The notes under the pieces were generated by a model. The model worked only from the letters and a program-made list of their open reading frames with translations, had not been told where the DNA came from and searched no databases. Source: Phoronis australis (lineage: Eukaryota > Animalia > Phoronida). From it: a DNA stretch of 64,000 nt. The stretch lies in the NCBI GenBank assembly GCA_002633005.1, contig NMRA01000015.1, positions 786,297-850,296 of the forward strand. Reading direction: 5' to 3'. The position numbers were made by a program, and so were the translations under genes. Positions 1-12,584 of this stretch are shown here, piece after piece (the stretch's first letter is position 1; every line of letters begins with the position of its first letter).

Positions 1-722
1 ACTGCTCGAAGAAAAAGTTTCATAACGGGAGTATTTGTTCGAGTTGGAAGGAATTAAACACATCGACAACCTCCTAAGGTGTTCCTCTATGCGCAAAAGG
101 TATTTGTAACAACGTGACTTTGATGGTTTAGTCGGTGCGAGGCATAATTCGCCGAAAAGCTTCCGGCGTACAGAGAGCCTATAGCCTCTACATCGCCTCT
201 GCTTCGGGCCAACAGAGGCGATGGTCATTGCCTAATGGCAGGACGACTGACACCGACAGAAGTATTTGGAATATTTTATTTTGCCCTGTTTGTCCAAGAC
301 TCCAAAAATACAGCTCCGTTGATGCAAGGCTATGTTCGAAAACTGTGGTTTTGGCTCACTAGTGGGACCCCGTAGCTAAATATCTGCCTGTAATTTGACC
401 ACATTCGTGTAACGGTTGGATATGTGCATTATGTGGCCATGTGGGTCCAAGATAAAATTGATTTGAGAATAAGTTACTACCACTCAATAACGGGCATTAT
501 TCAGTGGGAGTGACGGGTTCTCAAATCAGGGACCCATGTATCTGGCTATTTCCTTCCTCTTTCATAAAATTTAGCATAAAAAGAAAGGTACGGTCATATA
601 GCAAAACAACAGCATACATGTACTGTGACCAATTTTCACATGATAATGTTCAAGATGGATGCTGTTACAGTTGTCCCGATTTCGTTTTCATTTTAAACAA
701 GTTATATGAATTTTTGGTAAAT

Positions 723-3300
723 GTCTAGTTGCCAGGTCCCTATTCAATCCTTCATATCTCCTACAAAAGTGATCACACGTGGATGATATACACCTCAATC
801 GACTCGTCACTGTCCATTCTTTACTCCTATGCTAAAATTATTTTGATTAAAGCTTTCATTTTCCAAAAATTCACCACCAAACTTTGCATACGTGAAAGAG
901 CAGAAATCTTTTGTTTCTTCACTGAAACCATTGAAATTCAGATTTGATGACAAGGACACCTAGCGTCAAAATACTAGAACCGCACAAATACGAATTTGTG
1001 CCCGTTAAGTTATGTACATGTGATCTGTACATGCACAAAATTTTGAGGTGAATATGTGATGCGATATGCATATGATTGCGTTATTTTTGTTGTTGGGACG
1101 GATCCGTAAAAAGGCCAAAGAGGTAAGGGTTCCCCATTGCATGAACTGCATTCATAGGTGTATCAGGGGAGAGGGTCAGGGGGGCAATTGCCCCCCAATT
1201 TGGGGCAAAAACAGTGAAAAATGCGAGCATGTTAGGAAAAAAATGGACAAATAAAAAAATCAGGTAAAACTTACTTGCCACCCCCCAAACAGCAAAGCTC
1301 AAATACGCTTGGCTGCATTTCAAATGCATTTGCATTGTAGAAACCATCTAGATGAGCAGTGGTGTAAAATGCAAGTTTTCAAATGCGTCTTATTTGTAGG
1401 CCCCTCTCTCCTTTGGGGTCAAGTACTCCCCGAATTTTCCAAGTTTGATCTATCACTATGACCTTATTAGGGCTCACCGGATGTGGCGACTTACGTTTTT
1501 GGAGTCAGTAGGTAAAAGGCTATACAACAAAGAAAGAAGTTTTGAAATTGGGGTAAAAATTTTTTTTAGGCGCAAAAAGATCTAGAAATGTTTTTCAACA
1601 TTGATCTTGCCACTTGACCTCATTAATGATCCGATCGGACTCAAACTTGGTGGGCTTTAGTTTCTCAACATTCTACGTTGATTTGAAAAAGGATTTTTGA
1701 AATTGGAGACAAACAAAAAACGGTTTTTTTTCGGTCAAAAAAACTTGTCTTCGATTTTAAAGTTTCTGTTTTCATTTGAAAGGCCAATCTTTCTAATGGT
1801 CAGCCCCCAAGTTTCAGCTTGATCAGCCCACTAATTAAGGTAACAGTGGCCCACCAAAGTGACCCACCCAAGGGTCGTGTTTGGGTCCAAAATTATTTTG
1901 TTTTCAATTTCAAAAATTCTTTGTGCATCTGATAGCCCCTGTCTCTTAAAATGTAAGTAACGTATTTTTCGCGGCCTTATTTAGGGCCCAGGAGGGCCCC
2001 AAAATGACCTACCCCCTTCAAAATATCAGAAAAGTCATGTCAAAATTAGCTGTAGTTTGGGAAGTCATATCTTCATGAGCAATCACCTGCTGACTACCAA
2101 ATCGAGACATTTTCAAAGAATGGTAAAGTGCAAATTTTCAAACGTGTCTTATTTGTAGGCCCCTCTCTCCTTCAGGGTCAAGGTTTAAGGTTAAAGTCAC
2201 AGACTCCCCCAATTTTCCAACTTTGATTCACCGCTGTGACCTGTTTAGGGCTCACCGGAAGTGAATACTTCCTTTTTTAGAGCGAAAAGGTGTAGCGATG
2301 ATCGAGAAGAGTGATGTGAGGGCATGGAGGAAAAGGCTTTATTCGACAGACAGGCTAGCGCAAGTTGATTTAGTGGCTTGAAATTGTGTTCTAAAGACAC
2401 GCGGCTGAAAAAAAAACATATCATACCAATTAAAATTGTGGAAAAAGCGTATCATTTTATACCAAAATCGTGAAAAAGGGTATAGGGTATAATTTCATCG
2501 ACCCCAGTACCCACTTTACAATGCGTGCCCCCGGGGGCTGCACTCGGAACACAATACGTCATATTCACAATGGATTGTAGGTAAAATCCTGTCCAACACC
2601 AACAACACTCTTACATGCATTACAAGTGAAGCACATGATCTCTCACCTCGTGAGTGTCTCGCGCATAGGTATACGATGTCTACGATCTCGCGTCTCGTGA
2701 ACGCAGCCGTGCGAAATTGGCTCCAATACATCCCCCAGATCTCTACTTAGGGGCGCATTCATTAGATTTTGCTGCCTTTGAAAAGGTCCATTGCATAGGC
2801 GTAGTAAGGTCTTCTTGAGTGGGGGGGACGAGACTTCCCACCCCCCCCTCGCACGCCGCTCTGTCTACTGCCACTTGTGCCCAATTTCAATTTCGGTCTC
2901 TTAACGCAGGTGGTTCTTTGCCTTCTCAGTTCTCCGCAGTGGCAACTCAGATATTTTATTTATGCATCATTTTCCTACGTCATGAATCCTCGTAAACTGA
3001 AGAAATACCGCGAAAACAAGATTCGGGTTTGTACAGTACTTTAGTTGTAATTTAGAATGCTAGATGTCGTTTATGCAACTAATGCATTGAAAAATGGCCT
3101 CATACAGCCGAGATTTCTAGTCTGTCACTTATAGCAAGTTTTGTGAGCAATTGTTTTGGAAAGTGAAAGCTTGAATCAGATTAATTTTAGCACAGAAGTA
3201 AAGAGTGAACAGTGACGAATTGATTGAGGTATATATCATCCATGTGTGATCATTTTTGTAGGAGATATGAAGGATTGAATAGGGACCTTTGCATCTAGAC
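723..3300. repeat. Inverted pair of a dispersed repeat (~723-870 and ~3155-3300) enclosing further TE fragments, probably within an SRPRB intron
   Basis: gtctagttgccaggtccctattcaatccttcatatctcctacaaaag... at 723 matches the reverse complement of 3155-3300; an internal direct repeat occurs at ~1362-1505 and ~2121-2285. Confidence 0.7.
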
Positions 3301-3720
3301 TTACCTGAACTTTTCAAATGATAAAAACCATAAATAACCTGTTTTTATTGCCCCTCATGCAAAATGCAACATTTCAAAAACGATTGCCGACATTGTTTTG
3401 GAGAACAGCTTTGTAAGGAATAGAATCAGAAAGTTTCATGTCAATACAGTCATCCATATCTGAGATATGATGTTCCGAAATTAGCTAAATCTGCAATCTA
3501 AGTTCCTTCATAAGTTTAAGCAATTAAATAGGTCATAAAAATCCAGGACTCCAGTTCGCAACCAGTTAAGTTCACTCTTTTGGAATGGATCAGAAGTACA
3601 GAACGCAATTCTTTTGTGACAAGCTCTGCCCAAATTGTGTCCTTCAACAATTATTCTGGTGGCAGCAGGTACAAGGTTATATATTGGTTTTTTTGTTACC
3701 TGTTTGTTCCTTTATTTCAG

Positions 3721-3812
3721 TTCTGGTTGTTATCAGCAGAAATAAAAATACAAGACGAGGTGTTCTTCTCATTGGGATCTGCGACTCTGGAAAGACGTTG
3801 ATGTATAATAGG
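3721..3812 (+). CDS. SRPRB: SRPRB exon (P-loop)
   Basis: tttcag acceptor; LVVISRNKNTRRGVLLIGICDSGKTLMYNR; gtaaaa donor. Confidence 0.92.
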
Positions 3813-5339
3813 GTAAAAGAGTCTTAGTACATGTATTGGATATGTGCAAGAAACGACCAATGGCCTTGTGTCTGGGAAGGTGTATTCGAAGCTTTCCTTT
3901 CAGAACTTAAATTATTATTTTGTATGGTTCATATATAAGCACATCTTACCTAATTATTTGGTTATTTTGCTCACATGTTCAAATATGGAACAGTAGTGTG
4001 AGTTTGTAGTGGGGGTTTGTCAATATGGCGTGGAAAATATGTTATAAACATTTTTAAGTCTTGACAGCACGCCATCTGTTGGCCACAGGTGGTGTGCTGA
4101 CAATATTATGGTAGACATCTCATAAACTGCCGAAAGGGTGAATATATTATGGTACACTGCTACTGTATGAACATCATTTGATTTGTTTTCTCATTATACA
4201 TTTATTCCATACACAGTTACAATACAAGATACCTTATAGTGTATGTATGATACATTACAACTAAGGTAGATCCATTTGCTTCCCACATTGTATGAACAAT
4301 GTTTTAATGAACACATATTGCACACCACATTGTATGAACAATGTTTTAATGAACAAATATTGCACACCACATTGTATGAACAATGTTTTAATGAACAAAT
4401 ATTGCACGCCACATTGTATGAACAATGTTTTAATGAACAAATATTGCACACCACATTGTATGAGCAATGTTTTAATGAACAAATATTGCACGCCACATTG
4501 TATGAACAATGTTTAAATTTACAAGTATTGAGTAAATAGAATGAGTGCAACTACTTCTGTTAAAGTCTCCATTTTGTTTTTACAGTTGGTGAATGATGGC
4601 TACGTAGACACGTACACCTCTATCAAAGAAAACAGTGGATCCTACAAGCTCACTGGTAACAAGGTGAGCTTTGTTTTATTCTTTCACATCCAGTACAAGT
4701 ACCATTTAAGGAACTTCAGTTCTTTGCAAGGCAAAATCAGTTCTCACCTGTATACAGTTGGTAAACCAACCCTTAAACAGGGCTGGAATTGCACGTCAAG
4801 TATTAACCTGCACATGCTTAAATTGCAATTGCGTGAACACATGTTTCTGCAGAAATGATACGGAAATATAACTGCACGGAAATCAAACCCTTCAAAATAG
4901 CTTATTCATTCAGACATTCAGCTTTTTACTATTGACTTGTCACTCTGCCATTTGTGTTTTTGTGAACTCGTCAACTGAAGCATTTACTTGGGTGATTGGT
5001 TGGCATTCGAGTCACTAAATGACGTCATTACGTGAAAAACTGAGATCTGTTTACAAGATGGCAGACAGTTTGATTCATCGTTGTTACAAAAAAGTAAAAA
5101 GAGGCGATTGGTAAGACCGATTGCAATTTCCTAAACACGTCAAGGGAACTTGATATGATTATTATTAACACACTGAACAAGAATTTTCCTCCCATTCTTT
5201 TGGTTTATGGCCATTTCACTAATTGGTGAAAAGCCCTCTAATGGTCTTTCTGCTCTGTTTGAGAGCTGAGTATTGGCTAATTTGAGTAAGGAGCAAATTG
5301 AGACTTATTTCTTATTTTAAAGTGGACTAAATCAAAAGT

Positions 5340-5371
<32 letters not shown>

Positions 5372-8202
5372 GACTGTCATAATTGCCTTGTTGTATTCCT
5401 TCTAGTCTGGGTCACTGCGTGTAATTGACATCCCTGGACATGAGCGACTACGCCTAACGAGCTTAGAGCAGTTTAAACCATTGGCAAGGTAACACCTGTT
5501 AAGGGTAGCAAATGCACATCCAGTATCTGAGATTTTCATTGTCGTACCGTTCAGAAGTGGTTGATCAAAATGTTTTTAGTGTGAACAATGCTGTTGAATT
5601 TACATTACTGAGTGAATAATGCTGATGAATTTACATTTATTACTGAGTGAATAATGCTGATGAATTTACATTACTGAGTCACTGTGTTAATGTTTTGTTG
5701 GAATAATGATTCAGCGTCACATTCACAGTTTCTTGCTCACAACCAGCTTCACTACGACTGGGCGTATGATGCTTGATAAAAAGGTGTGTTTTAGTTAATC
5801 TTACTCATCACACTTTTTGTTTTTGTTTTCAGAGCCGTCATATTTATTATCGATAGCGTCTCGTTTCAAAAAGATATCAAAGATGTAGCAGAGTAAGTTA
5901 TTGCTTGTACAAAACAAATTAAAGTTATCAGACAAAATAACATTACACCCTCGTGATGGCTAATTACTAGTAATAACTATTAGAGCGGCAAAATTCTAAT
6001 TACAGAATGGCTTAGTCACCTTACTAACTTTCCTGTTAATTCCCCTGCATTCTCGGTCATCAGGGGAGACTACTCTGACGGTCATCAGGGGAGACTACTC
6101 TGATGATGAATTCCTGGTCATTTTGTCTGAATACTTCAAATCTGTACAATTAGGATAATTTCTACTGTGGTATTTATACTTAACACATTATATCAATCAT
6201 GTGACAGTGTGGTATAAGAATGTTCATTGAAGAATATTTGACACTCTGAACACAAATTCCCTGTTTAGCCTTTCCATGTCTTAGTTCACCTCTCATTAAG
6301 TGGAGACTGTTTTCTTATGCGTAGTTTTTGCATACAGTAAGACACTCTACAAAGGGTGTCACGGTTTTGAAAGATTTTATGGTTTGTGAAAGGTACACAA
6401 GATTCTCTGATACCCATCATTGTAGGTTACGCCACGTAGGATTTATTACTATTTATTAAGTTCCCCAATTAAACAACTCGGTGTCGGGGCTACATGTGTA
6501 GTGTTTGTGTCTAGAATCGTATTTTCCGTCAAAAACAATCCTGCAAGTGGTCATTTGTTTAACTCTGACACAAAATTGTATCGTTTGACAATATGTTAGT
6601 GAGCCACTGTTGGATGGTGAGCATTTAACATTTATTTAGAGATAGTTTAGCTTATTACACACCACTGTTGATATAGTATAGCCAATCACACACTACTTTA
6701 ATTGGTTATTGGAACGTTTGTGTATCACAGTCTGGTTTACTGTTCAAATCTGCATATATTAAAATTAATTTTGCTTACCCTTGTGCAACACACCTCAACA
6801 GTTTATTTGAAACATTACAGGTGAATAAAAAATTCATCATTTTAAAAACAAAATATTTTTGCAACAATAAGCTATCTGGATTCTTGTCTTCACTGTCATC
6901 ATCTGGTGACTTGTGGAGTGTTTGTTGTTGTATAATACTGAGAACAGATGTGTATACCTTTTGCCTTTCTCTAGAAGTGATGCAGTCAGAAGTCCTGTTA
7001 TATTTATTTGTTGATGAGAAGTTTTCAAAGAAAATTGTTATGTACCACCTTCACTGTTGTCACAAAACATACCTGGTTTATAGAAGAACCGTCCTTTGTT
7101 CTATTCTCATCATCATCACAAATATTTGCTTTTCCCAAATTATGAATATCTGACATTTTATTACCTCACCAGGGTTCTCCATTTCTCATAAGTAAAAGAT
7201 GTCATAACTGCTCGTCTGCATGTGGCACACAAGCGTAGCGGATATTTCCTCACTTTGGGGTTTTGGACAGTTTTTTTCTAAATTTAAATCGGATGAATTT
7301 GAAAAGAACTTGTCCATTACATCTAATTGCTGCACAAACTGTAAACCAATGTTTAGAGGATGGAAAAGAGTGCTGGTTAACACTTCCATGATAAACAAGT
7401 GAAAAGAGGGCAGTAGATTCCATGAGTGTGCAGAGTCAATCACTGAAGTTAAAATAGGGTGTTAGGGCGTTGATTTCTCACTCGTGGCTCACATTTCTTT
7501 ATTTCAGTCTCCTGTACACGGTGCTAACAGACAGAGTCATTCATGCCAACCGACCTCCCATTCTTGTCGCTTGCAATAAACAAGATCTGACCTTGGCCAA
7601 GGGATCAAAGGTCATCCAGTCACAACTGGAAAAAGAACTGTGAGTGTTTGTTTATTTTGTTAATTTTGTGCAGTACCCATCAAAAGTTATGTCACATAAT
7701 TCTCCATAATTCTCCATGTCATGTTGTGGACTTCATCACTGAAGCAGCAGTCCGTTGTGACCAAGAATAATGGGAAATTTTCCAGAAAGTTAATATTTTG
7801 CCCCAATGAAGAACGAGATAAATTAGCCTTCGCAATGGGGAAACAGGGATTTGTCTGTTTACTTGTCCTCATTTACATATACTGCATCTTAAGCACATTT
7901 GAGCGATCTGTAAGGAAACTTTGGTAAATTTGCTATCAGAAAATCTCAATTTGTGATGTAAGCTTAATATTCTTCATTCCTACTTTTCACTTAGGACGAA
8001 AGTTCGGCTGACGCAGGGAGCTGCACTGAGCTCGGGAGACAACAGTTCCATTTATCTGGGCAATAGGGGGACTGACTTCAAGTTTGTCGACCTCAAGTCT
8101 TTGAAAGTAGACTTTGTTGAGTGTAGTCTTAAAGGACCGAGTGGCACAGAGAATGAGTATGATCTGAAACACGTGTATGAGTGGCTGCAACGTATTGCAT
8201 AA
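3721..8202 (+). CDS. SRPRB: Signal recognition particle receptor subunit beta (ARF-like GTPase), 5'-partial spliced gene
   Basis: Exons 3721-3812, 4586-4663, 5406-5488, 5833-5892, 7508-7639, 7995-8202 join in frame via GT-AG introns. Motifs: G1 GICDSGKT, TYTSIKEN, G3 DIPGHERLR, G4 NKQD, C-terminal VDFVECS...EWLQRIA*. The exon encoding the N-terminal TM anchor was not found in the window. Confidence 0.95.
4283..4514. repeat. 42-bp minisatellite, ~5.5 copies
   Basis: Unit ccacattgtatgaacaatgttttaatgaacaaatattgcaca. Confidence 0.95.
4586..4663 (+). CDS. SRPRB: SRPRB exon
   Basis: ttacag acceptor; LVNDGYVDTYTSIKENSGSYKLTGNK; gtgagc donor. Confidence 0.92.
5338..5372. repeat. (GTT)n microsatellite
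   Basis: About 11 GTT units just upstream of an SRPRB acceptor. Confidence 0.95.
5406..5488 (+). CDS. SRPRB: SRPRB exon (G3)
   Basis: ttctag acceptor; SGSLRVIDIPGHERLRLTSLEQFKPLAR; gtaaca donor. Confidence 0.92.
5578..5680. repeat. ~32-bp tandem repeat, 3 copies
   Basis: agtgaataatgctgatgaatttacattactg-like units. Confidence 0.8.
5833..5892 (+). CDS. SRPRB: SRPRB exon
   Basis: tttcag acceptor; AVIFIIDSVSFQKDIKDVA; gtaagt donor. Confidence 0.92.
5983..6105. repeat. Dispersed repeat; second copy inverted at ~40375-40495
   Basis: aattctaattacagaatggcttagtcaccttactaac...ggtcatcaggggagactactctga matches the reverse complement of ~40375-40495. Confidence 0.75.
7508..7639 (+). CDS. SRPRB: SRPRB exon (G4 NKQD)
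   Basis: tttcag acceptor; LLYTVLTDRVIHANRPPILVACNKQDLTLAKGSKVIQSQLEKEL; gtgagt donor. Confidence 0.92.
7995..8202 (+). CDS. SRPRB: SRPRB terminal exon
   Basis: cttag acceptor; TKVRLTQGAALSSGDNSSIYLGNRGTDFKFVDLKSLKVDFVECSLKGPSGTENEYDLKHVYEWLQRIA, stop TAA 8200-8202. Confidence 0.92.
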
Positions 8203-8241
8203 GTTATACTAAAGTGGAATTAAACCTGTGCTTTCTGTAAA

Positions 8242-8247
8242 AATAAA
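8242..8247 (+). terminator. Candidate polyadenylation signal of SRPRB
   Basis: AATAAA about 40 nt after the stop; a second candidate lies near 9014. Confidence 0.4.
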
Positions 8248-11200
8248 TTTCATTTACCTTAGGTCACTTATCATTACGAAAATAGGTGTGATTTTTGGAC
8301 TGGCGGTGACCTTACATTTCATTTGCTTGGCCTGGCGGTGTGACCTGACATTTTATGTCCTTGGCCTGAACAAATAGGGAGCTGTCAGTACTTTCCAGGC
8401 CCAGAGATTACTTTCAAACTGAGTAAAGTCCAATTTTGTAACAGGAAGTAGCCTAAAACAAACTGATTTAATGCACTTTACATATTAAACACATGCCAGC
8501 TTACTGTTATTCTTTATGCTTACTGTAATTATCTGTTCGTCCTCACAGTGTTCAATAAGCACCTGCCTCTACAGATGTGGTTAAAAGTTGAATACTGTAC
8601 TGTGTGAGATTAAGGATTGCCTGAAAACGTTAGCAACATGGACGATTTCTCAATGTCACATAACAGTGAGTCTGCAGTCAGACTTAAACTTTGAGATACC
8701 TTCACGAGTTTTACATGGGGACCCAGATCTTGTCTCTGAGTACCTCTTGTAGACTCATGCACCTATACTTGAAATAATCTATTATGAAAGTTTTTCCCAA
8801 GTATTTTGTAAACAAGTGTTTGTCACCTATGCTTCAGGCGCAGGCAGCTATCTCTTGTATGTAGACGTTTGTTGTGTGTAGTTTTTGATTAGAATGAATC
8901 TTTAAAACTTTTTTTTCTTCAGCATTGATCAGTCAAAACTCATGGTGGTGAGATGTGTTGACCGACTTGCATGGTGGCGAGATGTGTTGAGCGACTTGCA
9001 TGTTGACTTGTTAAATAAAAGAAGCGAACATTTTGTGTACCGTTTAGATTCGGAAGCGTTGGGTCGTTGCCATACACCGACGAAGCAAAATATGTCCCTG
9101 TAAAATAAATGTTTTCGAAAAGTTAGATCATATTTTGTCGCGTCTCGGTCAGTTGTCAAGCATCATAGTAACGACCGGAGAATGGGCCAGCCAGCTAGGT
9201 TGTATTTTCATGACAACGGAATTAGGGGGGGGGGGCTAAAATTGTATCAGATCCCATTTTTGAGTTCGGGTGCGAATTGCTGATTAGCACACGTGCGCAA
9301 CCAGGGGGTCTTGGGGGGTGAATAAACAACGCATAGGCGCTGAATGAACCCCGTTTACCGTTTTTTTTTTTAGTCAACAGGTCCGCAAACCCAAAAATTC
9401 AAGACCCCTGCTTCCCCAGATTTTAGGCTGGGTGCGCGCATCTGCCGAAATGCTGCTTATTCCTGTGCCTGCCCACCCCCCTAATTCAAAATCCTGGATC
9501 CGCCCCTGCTACGGGTTGAAACATTATAATTTTTCTTTCCAAAAAGGACAGAGCCCTCAATCCCTCAAATTTAGGGCCCAATATCGGCCCTATTCCCCTC
9601 TCAAAAATATTGAAATATCACGCGAAATTCCCCCCACGAGGCACAAAAATTCCCCTAGTGAAAAATCTCTCTGAGTTCACATAACCTGTAACCACACAGG
9701 TGACAATTTTTAAGAGCACAAAAGGCTACTTTAAAATGAGACAGAGCCTATGAGAGCTTGCAACAGGGCGGGGGTGCTATTGATGGTGATCGGGAGGTAG
9801 ACTGTTCCCGCCCTCACTCTGCGAAAAAATCGCCTCTCAGTAGGCACTAGCACCTTTCCCCTCGGATGAACGAGGTTTCTGCAGAAACATGATAACTATG
9901 ATTTCATTGTCCAGTTAACTGAAATTGAGTTCTAAAACGAGGTTACGTTTTGGACGAACGAATTAGGTGTTTTAATTTTAAAATTCAACTTGGTCCAAAT
10001 TGATACTTGAAATCTAACACATGAAATAGACGTAAGAATTATTACAACCAAGAAAGCAGAATTGATGGTCAAATAATTTTTATTTTCAATTACGAGTCTG
10101 GTTTATTATTTTAATAAAAAATATATTTAATAACATCAATTATTCTTTCAGATCAATGACAAATCAACTGTTAGTCCCAGGGAGTGCATAGGATCAGGCT
10201 ATGCTTGATTTTAATATTCTTGATCAACAAATTAAACCAGATGTGACTAATTGCACATGACAGCCACCACTGTCGAATATGTCTTCAACTCGTCAACAAT
10301 ACGAGCAGATGACCTGGTCCGCGTAGAAAGTATTTTGATCAACAATTTACAAGAAAAAAGTAACCCTGCATTCAGCATAATACCTAATCCGTAACACTAC
10401 GATCGCCGCAATTTGGTCATATTTACTTTTCATGTTTCGAACCTAGTTTTCCGAAAAAAATTAAACCCTTTCGTCAGACAACTCTTTGACGCCTTAACTT
10501 GTTCTCTAATGTAATTTTCTACGTCTGTGTGGTTTAATTGTTGACACATTATTAAAATTCAATATCCAGGTTGGACTCGAAAGACCGGCTATTTAACTCA
10601 CGCAATGTCTACTTTCGCTTTGTTTATCGCAGTGAGCCTCGCTTTGGATTTTAATGTCTGCCGCGTGAATAGAGTCTATGGGCTTATAGTCGGAAAACGG
10701 CCTTTCAAAAACGTGAAATGAAACTCAGTATACGCGAAGGCGTATTTTGGGAAAGGCGATCTATATTCGGAAACTGTCAAACATTTTGTGATACTTTTTT
10801 GTTAAAAATATAAGTTGTGAAGTCTTTTTTAAATAAACACGTGTAGTGTAGTATATTCAAGGTAAGGGCACATCAAATACTCACCAAAAATTACAGCAGT
10901 GCAAATAGTCGACTTGTCAGTCTGAATACCACAAAGCAAAGCAAGCAGACGCTCTATTACGGACGTGTGTAAGTTTCCCATTGGCTGCCGCCGCCAGCCT
11001 TTGAGGGAGACAACTCCACAGCTTCACAACAATAGTTGTATCTCAATAGTCTATACCTATTTCACATTCAGTAAACACCTGCCAACAGAGCAATCCATCA
11101 CTTTTCAAAACGTACGCACAGTAACCGAAAATACGCGTATGGGCGTAATTTTGGGTGAGCCTACTTTCGGAATTGTCCTTTCACTTCCGATCCAATACAT

Positions 11201-12295
11201 GCATCTTGAAGTTCACAGTGACCTTTCTGGTGTTTGTGTATCTCTTCCTTTCTGTATTTTTCGTGTTATGAAAAATAACAGAATTGCTTTGTATGCCGTC
11301 ATGCACCTTTGAGAAGGGGAATGTGTCGGGTATACTGTGTAGTCAACTGTATTGCAGTCATCCACATATATTGCGTCTGTTCCTACACGTTGTATTTGCG
11401 GACATTCTTCTGGAACGCTTTTTGGGGTTTTCCAAAAATCTTTACTCTAGAGAACACACTGTAATTCTGCCATTGTGTGAAGTTCATGATATTGTATTTT
11501 TTGTGCAGAAAAGACTCGTCTTAACGAGCTTCGTGTAGACGTAAAATTTGTTCATGCGTTTTTGTGGAATTTTCCAGATGCTGTAAGACTATTGCGTGAA
11601 CCCAAAAATATGGAATTATTAGCTTTGCTCATTCGAATTAATAAATTTGCAAAAATATTACGGAACAATTAATTGCGCGAAAAGATTCGCATGGATTTTT
11701 TAGCCGAAAATTCACGCAGTAACTACTGGAGGTGTGTTCTAAAATTTGAACTTTGACCAAAATTCCTAGGTGCTGTAGCAGATCTTGACGCTATTCGACT
11801 TAATCGGGTTTTTTTTAAAGTATATGTAACTATCATGTCCATAAAAGTCTTAACCAACTTTAAATATTCACGATGAAATTTCTCGTATTGCGTCCACGTT
11901 TTTAACTTTTGCTCTCAGGAAATTGCAATAAAGGGTGGGAACTGGTCGACGTTATCTTCTAGTTATGAAAGTGAGGCTTGGATGCATCGTTGTAAGTAGC
12001 CTGCAATAACTTTTTGTAAATTGTTTGATTCAACGGAACTTGGAAAACGGTCTCTCAAGTCAGATTTACTACCAAAAACGTCGCAAGTCTTAGTGTCATA
12101 CCTACACAATAGTATAGAATAGTGGTCTGCTCCAGCGTACACTGCCACTACACTGCAGCTACGTTTTTTCATGAATACACAGACAATTTCGGCGTACTCG
12201 GTACGCCGCTTAACGCAACGGAGGCCCTTTTGGCTGAACACGGTTAATGGTGGAAAGAGCACTACGGAGCGCAAATTCTTAAACTGACAGAGAAA

Positions 12296-12352
12296 CTGAT
12301 TGGTCGAAACTGCATGCGACTTTCTTTGTGAGGTAATAGTTGTCAAGGTGAC
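12296..12352 (+). promoter_or_regulatory. Putative promoter elements of the orphan gene: reverse CCAAT box (ctgattgg) and RFX X-box-like motif GTTGTCAAGGTGAC (12339-12352)
   Basis: Imperfect palindrome resembling GTYRCCATGGYRAC, about 33 bp upstream of ATG 12385; motif match only. Confidence 0.35.
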
Positions 12353-12384
12353 TGCCGTTGGCGTAATACCCTGTAAGACCCGGT

Positions 12385-12584
12385 ATGCCTTCAACACGGC
12401 AATTCACCGCTCGTCCTGTAAGAAGATCCTCAATACAACAGTCGGCGTTCAGCTCTCAGAGAAATTCAACATTGTTTGACAATGTAAACAAACAAAATTC
12501 TCTTGAGGCATGGAGGTGCAAAGGAAAAAATTCTGTGAATATATCAAAACAGCAAAAGATCATAGAATGGCAGAACGCGGCAAG
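12385..12584 (+). CDS. Orphan gene exon 1
   Basis: ATG MPSTRQFTARP...IIEWQNAA(R); donor ag|gtaaat. Confidence 0.65.

Noticed and set aside
4194-4550. Several repetitive ORFs (TLYEQCFNEQILH etc.)
   Set aside because: Translation by-products of a 42-bp intronic minisatellite; SRPRB splices across it
11963-12397. 144-aa antisense ORF over the orphan gene promoter
   Set aside because: Non-ATG start, no domain, no exon partner found
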